A stretch of DNA of 64,000 nt, taken from the NCBI RefSeq assembly GCF_051903065.1, contig NZ_CP178438.1, one strand, 5' to 3'. Below are positions 57,771-64,000 of the stretch, piece by piece (positions within the stretch are counted from its first letter, which is position 1; every line of letters starts with the position of its first letter). This stretch comes from Escherichia coli (lineage in GTDB: Bacteria; Pseudomonadota; Gammaproteobacteria; Enterobacterales; Enterobacteriaceae). The notes under the pieces were generated by a model. That model saw nothing but the letters and a program-made list of their open reading frames with translations. It had not been told where the DNA came from and made no database searches. The translations under genes and the position numbers were made by a program.

Positions 57771-59111
57771 TTAACGCACCATGCACGGGCGCTTATTATC
57801 GAACGTCCAGCCAGGAATCAGATACTGCATTCCCATCGCATCGTCACGCGCGCCAAGCCCGTGTTTCTGATACAGCTCATGGGCTTTCATCACTTGATCC
57901 ATATCGATTTCTACACCCAGCCCCGGTTTTTCTGGCACCTGTACCAGCCCGCCTTTGATCTCAAACGGTTCTTTGGTCAGGCGCTGATTGCCTTCCTGCC
58001 AAATCCAGTGCGTATCAATAGCAGTAATTTTACCCGGTGCAGCGGCGGCAACATGGGTAAACATCGCCAGGGAAATATCGAAGTGGTTGTTAGAGTGTGA
58101 ACCCCAGGTCAGGCCAAATTCATGGCACATTTGCGCCACACGTACCGAACCTTGCATCGTCCAGAAATGCGGATCCGCCAGCGGGATATCAACGGATTGT
58201 AACGAGAGCGTATGGCCCATCTGCCGCCAGTCGGTGGCGATCATATTGGTTGCAGTCGGCAGGCCAGTCGCGCGACGGAACTCTGCCATCACTTCACGCC
58301 CGGAGAAACCTTGCTCCGCACCACACGGATCTTCTGCATAAGCCAGCGAACCTTTCAGGTATTTACCAATTTTAATCGCTTCGTTCAGCGACCAGGCACC
58401 GTTAGGATCGAGCGTAATACGCGCCTGCGGGAAGCGTTGCGCCAGTGCCACAATAGACTCGGCCTCTTCTTCCCCGGCCAGTACACCGCCTTTCAGTTTG
58501 AAATCGTTGAAGCCATATTTTTCATACGCCGCTTCCGCCAGGCGCACCACCGCATCCGGCGTCATCGCTTCTTCATGACGCAGGCGATACCAGTCGCATG
58601 AGTCATCCGGCTGGCTTTGATACGGCAGCGGTGTGGCTTTGCGATTACCGACGAAGAACAGATAACCGAGCATTTCGACTTCGCTACGCTGTTGACCATC
58701 GCCCAGCAGCGATGCCACGTTAACCCCCAGATGCTGCCCCAGCAGATCCAGCATTGCCGCTTCTATCCCGGTAACTACATGAATAGTGGTACGCAAATCA
58801 AATGTCTGCAAACCGCGCCCGCCGGCATCACGATCGGCAAAAGTATTACGCACCAGCGTCAGAACGTTTTTGTATTCACCCAGCGTTTTACCCACTACCA
58901 GCGGAATCGCATCTTCCAGCGTTTTACGGATTTTCTCGCCGCCGGGAATTTCCCCTACGCCAGTGTGACCAGAATTATCTTTGATAATCACAATATTACG
59001 CGTGAAGAACGGTGCGTGTGCACCACTCAGATTCATCAGCATACTGTCATGGCCCGCCACCGGGATGACCTTCATTTCAGTAACAACAGGCGTCGTAAAT
59101 TGAGAACTCAT
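57771..59111 (-). CDS. gudD: Glucarate dehydratase
   Basis: Protein [32 protein letters not shown]...; start placed at ATG complement 59109-59111. Confidence 0.95.
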   Translation of the reverse strand: MSSQFTTPVVTEMKVIPVAGHDSMLMNLSGAHAPFFTRNIVIIKDNSGHTGVGEIPGGEKIRKTLEDAIPLVVGKTLGEYKNVLTLVRNTFADRDAGGRGLQTFDLRTTIHVVTGIEAAMLDLLGQHLGVNVASLLGDGQQRSEVEMLGYLFFVGNRKATPLPYQSQPDDSCDWYRLRHEEAMTPDAVVRLAEAAYEKYGFNDFKLKGGVLAGEEEAESIVALAQRFPQARITLDPNGAWSLNEAIKIGKYLKGSLAYAEDPCGAEQGFSGREVMAEFRRATGLPTATNMIATDWRQMGHTLSLQSVDIPLADPHFWTMQGSVRVAQMCHEFGLTWGSHSNNHFDISLAMFTHVAAAAPGKITAIDTHWIWQEGNQRLTKEPFEIKGGLVQVPEKPGLGVEIDMDQVMKAHELYQKHGLGARDDAMGMQYLIPGWTFDNKRPCMVR

Positions 59112-59131
59112 ATTTATGTCCTTTTTCAGAA

Positions 59132-60472
59132 TCAATGACGGCCGAAAACGGGACGTTTACGGTCAAAGGTCCAGCCGGGGATCAGGTACTGCATCGGGCC
59201 TGCGTCGTTACGCGCACCGCCAGGCAGACGTTTATAGGCCTCATGTGCCTTTTGTACCTGTTCCCAGTCCAGTTCCACGCCCAGACCGGGCGCATCAGGA
59301 ACGGCAATTTTTCCGTTTTTAATCTCCAGCGGATTTTGGGTCAGGCGACAATCGCCCTCCTGCCAAATCCAGTGGGTATCGATAGCGGTAGGATTACCCG
59401 GTGCCGCCGCGCCCACATGGGTAAACATCGCCAGAGAGATATCGAAATGGTTGTTGGAATGGCAGCCCCAGGTCAGCCCCCAGTCGTCGCAAAGCTGCGC
59501 CACGCGGACTGCACCGGAAAGCGTCCAGAAGTGCGGATCGGCAAGTGGAATATCTACCGCATTGAGCATCACCGCATGGCCCATTTCGCGCCAGTTGGTG
59601 GCGATCATATTAGTCGCGACGGGCAAGCCGGTCGCCCGCCGAAACTCCGCCATCACTTCACGTCCGGAGAAGCCCTGTTCTGCGCCGCATGGATCTTCGG
59701 CATAGGTAAGAACATCATTCAGCCCTTTGCATAAAGAAATGGCTTCATCAAGCAGCCAGGCACCGTTGGGATCAACGGTAATCCGCGCATCCGGGAAGCT
59801 TTTCTTCAATGCACGAACAGTGTCGATTTCTTGCTCGCCAGGTAACACGCCGCCCTTAAGTTTGAAATCTTTAAAGCCATAGCGATCCTGTGAGGCTTCC
59901 GCCAGACGCACAACGGCTTCGCTGTTCATCGCTTTCTGATGTCGCAACTGATACCACTCATGGTTGCCCGGCGTATTTTCCAGATAAGGAAGATCGGTTT
60001 TAGTCCGATCACCGATATAAAACAGATAACCGAGGACGGTGATAGCATCGCGTTGCTTGCCTGGCCCTAACAGTTCGCAGACCGGAACATTCAGCGCCTT
60101 ACCTAGCAGGTCAAGCAAGGCGGCTTCCAGCGCCGCCACGGCGTTAACGCGCAATTCAAAGGTCCAGGCCCCTTTACCGAAGGTATCAAAATCGGCGGCC
60201 TGATTACCTTTATGCACCTGCTGAACCACTTTATTCAGGCGCGCAACTTCCTGGCCCAGCACCATCGGAATAGCTTCGACCAGTGTTTGATAAATCACCT
60301 CTCCGCCCGGCGCTTCACCAATGCCGGTATGCCCGGCATTATCGGTGAGTACCACGATATTGCGGGTGAAGTATGCGTTATGCGCACCACCAATATTGAG
60401 CAACATGCTGTCATGTCCGGCGACCGGAATGACTTTCATATCAGTAATAACAGGACTGGATTGTGTCGTCAT
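59132..60472 (-). CDS. gudX: Glucarate dehydratase-related protein (enolase superfamily paralog)
   Basis: 446-aa [34 protein letters not shown]..., paralogous to gudD. Confidence 0.93.
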   Translation of the reverse strand: MTTQSSPVITDMKVIPVAGHDSMLLNIGGAHNAYFTRNIVVLTDNAGHTGIGEAPGGEVIYQTLVEAIPMVLGQEVARLNKVVQQVHKGNQAADFDTFGKGAWTFELRVNAVAALEAALLDLLGKALNVPVCELLGPGKQRDAITVLGYLFYIGDRTKTDLPYLENTPGNHEWYQLRHQKAMNSEAVVRLAEASQDRYGFKDFKLKGGVLPGEQEIDTVRALKKSFPDARITVDPNGAWLLDEAISLCKGLNDVLTYAEDPCGAEQGFSGREVMAEFRRATGLPVATNMIATNWREMGHAVMLNAVDIPLADPHFWTLSGAVRVAQLCDDWGLTWGCHSNNHFDISLAMFTHVGAAAPGNPTAIDTHWIWQEGDCRLTQNPLEIKNGKIAVPDAPGLGVELDWEQVQKAHEAYKRLPGGARNDAGPMQYLIPGWTFDRKRPVFGRH

Positions 60473-60473
60473 C

Positions 60474-61826
60474 TTATTGCCCCGCGACAGGTTTCAGCTC
60501 GATACGCTTGATATCGCCCACCAGCACCAGGTAGCTCAGTACCGCGATTAAGGCATGAACACCAACATAAATCAGCGCCCCATTAAAGGAGCCAGTCGTG
60601 CCAACGATATAACCAATTGCGATTGGCGTGACGATGCCAGAAATGTTACCGAACATGTTGAACAGGCCACCGGAAAGACCGCTGATCTCTTTTGGCGCGG
60701 TATCTGCCATTACTGCCCAACCCAGCGCCCCAATGCCCTTACCGAAGAAGGCCAGCGCCATAAAGCCGATGATCATCCACTCAACGTTGACGTAGTTGCA
60801 GAACACCATCACCATCGACAGCAACATGCCCATTACGATCGGTGTTTTACGCGCAATGTTCAGCGATCCCGTGCGGCGCATCAGCCAGTCGGAAATAATC
60901 CCACCCAGCACACCGCCGATAAAACCGCAAACCGCCGGAACGGAAGCCACAAAGCCCGCTTTCAGAATCGACATCCCACGCGCCTGCACCAGATAAACCG
61001 GAAACCAGGTAATGAAAAAGTAAGTCAGGGCGTTGATACAGTACTGACCGATATAAACGCCGATCATCATCCGTGACCCGAGCAGCTGTTTGATCTGCCC
61101 CCACTTCACGCTGAACGGCACTTTAACTTTGGTGTTTTGCTGATCCATATTGATCAGCGCGCCACCCGCGGCGATGTACTCCAGCTCTTTCTGATTTACC
61201 CCCGGATGTTGATTTGGCTCGTGGATGACTTTCAACCAGATAAAGCTGATGACAATCCCCAGACCGCCCATAAAGAAGAAGACGTGTGACCAGCCCACTT
61301 CATGCGTCAGCCAGCCCATAATCGGCGCGAAGATCACCGTTGCGAAGTATTGAGCGGAGTTAAAAATCGACACCGCCGTTCCCCTTTCCTGCGCCGGAAA
61401 CCAGGCCGCAACAATGCGACTGTTGCCGGGGAAAGATGGCGCTTCAGCAAGCCCGACCAGGAAGCGCAGCGTAAACAGGGCAACGATAATGCCGAATCCA
61501 CTAAAGATATCGACGAAGCCTTGCAGCAAGGTAAACATCGACCAGATAAAGATCGACCAGAAGTAGACGCGTTTTGAACCAAAACGATCCAGCAACCAAC
61601 CACCAGGGATCTGCCCGATAACATAAGCCCATGAGAAGGCAGAGAACACATAACCCATTCCCACGGGATCAAGGCCGATATCTTTGGCCATTTCCGAACC
61701 GGCAATAGAAAGCGTAGCGCGGTCGCCGTAGTTGAAGGATGTGACGATAAACAACATCACCACTATCCAGTAACGAGCATTCGTGCGTTTTTCCACACTG
61801 CTCGCAGCCTGACTTAAAGAACTCAT
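60474..61826 (-). CDS. gudP: Glucarate/galactarate MFS transporter
   Basis: 450-aa polytopic ORF. Confidence 0.93.
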   Translation of the reverse strand: MSSLSQAASSVEKRTNARYWIVVMLFIVTSFNYGDRATLSIAGSEMAKDIGLDPVGMGYVFSAFSWAYVIGQIPGGWLLDRFGSKRVYFWSIFIWSMFTLLQGFVDIFSGFGIIVALFTLRFLVGLAEAPSFPGNSRIVAAWFPAQERGTAVSIFNSAQYFATVIFAPIMGWLTHEVGWSHVFFFMGGLGIVISFIWLKVIHEPNQHPGVNQKELEYIAAGGALINMDQQNTKVKVPFSVKWGQIKQLLGSRMMIGVYIGQYCINALTYFFITWFPVYLVQARGMSILKAGFVASVPAVCGFIGGVLGGIISDWLMRRTGSLNIARKTPIVMGMLLSMVMVFCNYVNVEWMIIGFMALAFFGKGIGALGWAVMADTAPKEISGLSGGLFNMFGNISGIVTPIAIGYIVGTTGSFNGALIYVGVHALIAVLSYLVLVGDIKRIELKPVAGQ

Positions 61827-62260
61827 TGTTGCACTCCTGAAAATTCGCGTTAGCCACGCTCACTCTGGACTGCGACATCGCCAGGAAATCAGAGGTGACG
61901 TAGGGTGTTTTTTGCCGTTTTTATAGGTTGTTCGCCGAATACGGCGCGTGTTTATATCTGGCAATAGCAGTATAAAAAGCGCGCCATAGCGGCTCACCGT
62001 GCAACAACACAACATTAATGCGTTCAATGAGGCCCGATTTTGGCATTAGCCCTGGACGGTGGAATCCACTTCACGGAAATGAAAACAAGAACAAGAAAGG
62101 AAGGGTTAAAACGAAGAAATAAAGAAGAGTATGAAATGGATCGCTTGACTCCAGGCAAACGCCAGTAAAAATCCGCGCTATGAAGCAGTTTTTACTGGCA
62201 TTTGCCTGAAAAGATTCGATTCAGCACCGCTAAAACGACATTTACCGCTCGCTGAACATA

Positions 62261-62710
62261 TCAGGACAACAGCGTGCCCCACTGTTCGACCCACGGATTT
62301 GATTCCGTTTCCGGTTCCGGGTTCTCACTGGCGTCAATCAACAGCATTTCGCCAACCCGCTGAGCGCTCTGTTCCTGCAACAAGGCATCGAACTGTTTGC
62401 CGCCATTGCAGAAATTCACATAACTACTGTCGCCGAGCGCAATCACGCCATAACGCAGATTCGGCTGGAAGCCCAGACTATCTTTGATTCCCTGAAAGAG
62501 CGGCACAATGCTATCAGGAAGGTCGCCCTGCCCGGTCGTGGACGTAACCACCAGAACATACTTATCCTGATAGGGCAGCCAGTCGCTTAATTCAGGATCT
62601 TCAAATACCGTTGCTTTGTGGCCCTGTGCGGTCAGAATTGCTTCTGCTTCTTCCGCCACTAACAGCGAATTTCCGTACATGGTGCCGACAAAAATACCAA
62701 TTTCCGCCAT
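62261..62710 (-). CDS. yqcA: Flavodoxin-like protein YqcA
   Basis: 149-aa [26 protein letters not shown]... Confidence 0.9.
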
Positions 62711-62727
62711 ACCGTTTTCTCCCTGGA

Positions 62728-63510
62728 TTAGGAACTTATCTCTCCATCCTGACCTGATGGCGCACTGAACTCAACCCTTTCATTTTCAGGAAGCAGACCG
62801 CGCCAGCCAAATTGTGATAACGCCTGCATCCAGGTGTCGTCCAGGCCCGCGTGAATAGTCAGCGGCTCGCCAGTAAAAGGATGCGTCAATGACAACTGAC
62901 TGGCATGCAGCATTAACCGCTGAAGACCAAAATGCTCAGCACCGCTGCGATTCTGGCGTAAATCGCCATGTTTGCTATCGCCAATAATCGGATGACGCAA
63001 ATGGGCAAGATGTCGGCGAAGCTGATGTTTGCGTCCGGTTTTCGGCTCCAGTTCCACCAGGCCGTAGCGCGTGGTCGGGTAACGTCCGGTCGCTACCGGC
63101 ATTTCTACGGTCGCCAGACCGCGATAATGCGTCACTGCTGGCTGCGGGCCTTTATCTTCGCGGGCAAATTTATCAGCGATTTTGTCCAGTTCTTCCACCA
63201 GTGGATAATCCAGCACCGCTTCTTCCATCAACCAGCCGCGCACAATCGCATGGTAACGTTTCTGGATTTGGTGCTGTTCAAACTGTTGTGCCAGCAGCCG
63301 TCCGGCCTCGCTGGATAATCCCATCAACAACACACCAGAAGTTGGTCGGTCCAGACGATGAGCAGTAAAAACATGCTGTCCTATCTGGTCACGCACGGTT
63401 TGCATGACCACTACTTTCTCGTCGCGATCCAGCCAGCTGCGGTGAACCAGCCAGCCGGAGGGTTTATTTACCGCAACCAGCCATTCATCCTGATAGAGTA
63501 TTTCCAGCAT
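62728..63510 (-). CDS. truC: tRNA pseudouridine65 synthase
   Basis: 260-aa ORF with RluA-family motif ([12 protein letters not shown]). Confidence 0.93.
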
Positions 63511-63839
63511 TAGCTCGCATCATCCGCAAAAAGAGCATCCAGTTTTTCCAACTCAGCCAGAATAAGCGCGCGTTGCGGATGGTCCGTCGCCAGCGCCATT
63601 TCATAATAGGGAGCAACGGCAAAAGCGCCCGGTAACGGCTGGTTGTTATTTAACAAATCGTGCATTCGCGGGATCAGCACCCACTGCAACCACTCCAGTG
63701 GTTCCATGGTGTCCATAAAGAACGGTTGGGTACTATTAAATTGATGCGGCTGGGGTACATCGTTTCGCCAGTGCTGATGTTCACGCAGTAACGCTTCAAG
63801 CGCCTGCAACTGGAGACGAACGCGGTCATGAGTGGTCAT
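63510..63839 (-). CDS. yqcC: DUF446-family protein YqcC
   Basis: 109-aa ORF; stop overlaps truC start. Confidence 0.85.
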   Translation of the reverse strand: MTTHDRVRLQLQALEALLREHQHWRNDVPQPHQFNSTQPFFMDTMEPLEWLQWVLIPRMHDLLNNNQPLPGAFAVAPYYEMALATDHPQRALILAELEKLDALFADDAS

Positions 63840-63882
63840 AAAGCAACCTCAATAAGAAAAACTGCCGCGAAGGATAGCAGGA

Positions 63883-64000
63883 ATAAAAAAAGGGAGCACT
63901 GTATTCACAGTGCTCCCGGTTCGTTTCGCAGCATTCCAGCTACATTTGTTGCTCCCTGCTCATCCTTGACAACTTTTCCTCTGGCCTTGCGGCCAATCGT
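63883..64000 (-). ncRNA. csrB: 3' portion of the CsrA-sequestering sRNA CsrB (continues beyond window end)
   Basis: Minus strand reads ...CAAGGATGAGCAGGGAGCAACAAATGTAGCTGGAATGCTGCGAAACGAACC followed by terminator GGGAGCACTGTGAATACAGTGCTCCC + T-run; GGA-containing motifs and the expected position next to yqcC. Confidence 0.8.

Noticed and set aside
61827-62260. 434-bp gudP-yqcA intergenic region with small frames (for example ATG AAA TGG ATC GCT TGA) and an inverted repeat CCAGTAAAAA...TTTTTACTGG
   Set aside because: No ORF of convincing length or RBS and no recognisable RNA motif; could hold a small protein or sRNA but the sequence alone does not support a call.

Overview
Enterobacterial (Escherichia coli-like) chromosomal segment, colinear with the rpoS-to-csrB region; all calls are from reading the sequence and the ORF track, no database search was run. 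Left to right: tail of the variable mutS-rpoS island (UbiD/UbiX-type decarboxylase genes, MarR regulator), rpoS-nlpD-pcm-surE-truD-ispF-ispD-ftsB-ygbE, cysCND, iap, a complete type I-E CRISPR-Cas locus (8-repeat array with leader, cas2, cas1, cas6e, cas5, cas7, cse2, cse1, cas3), a Hok-family toxin gene, cysHIJ, queD, the ygcNOPQR/ygcS/ygcU/ygcW/yqcE/ygcE cluster, a decayed CRISPR remnant, an intact IS903-family insertion with 9-bp target duplication, a second 10-repeat CRISPR array with leader, queE, a lemA plus three tandem TPM-domain paralog operon, eno, pyrG, mazG, mazEF, relA, rlmD, barA, gudDXP, yqcA, truC, yqcC and the 3' end of csrB. Most of the window is well-known core genome. The candidates for something undescribed are: (1) an orphan degenerate CRISPR-repeat hairpin in the cas3-cse1 intergenic region, (2) the lemA plus three TPM paralogs sharing a Gly-rich ...SGRW C-terminus, (3) a hok-like ORF absent from the ORF track. 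None of these is proven.
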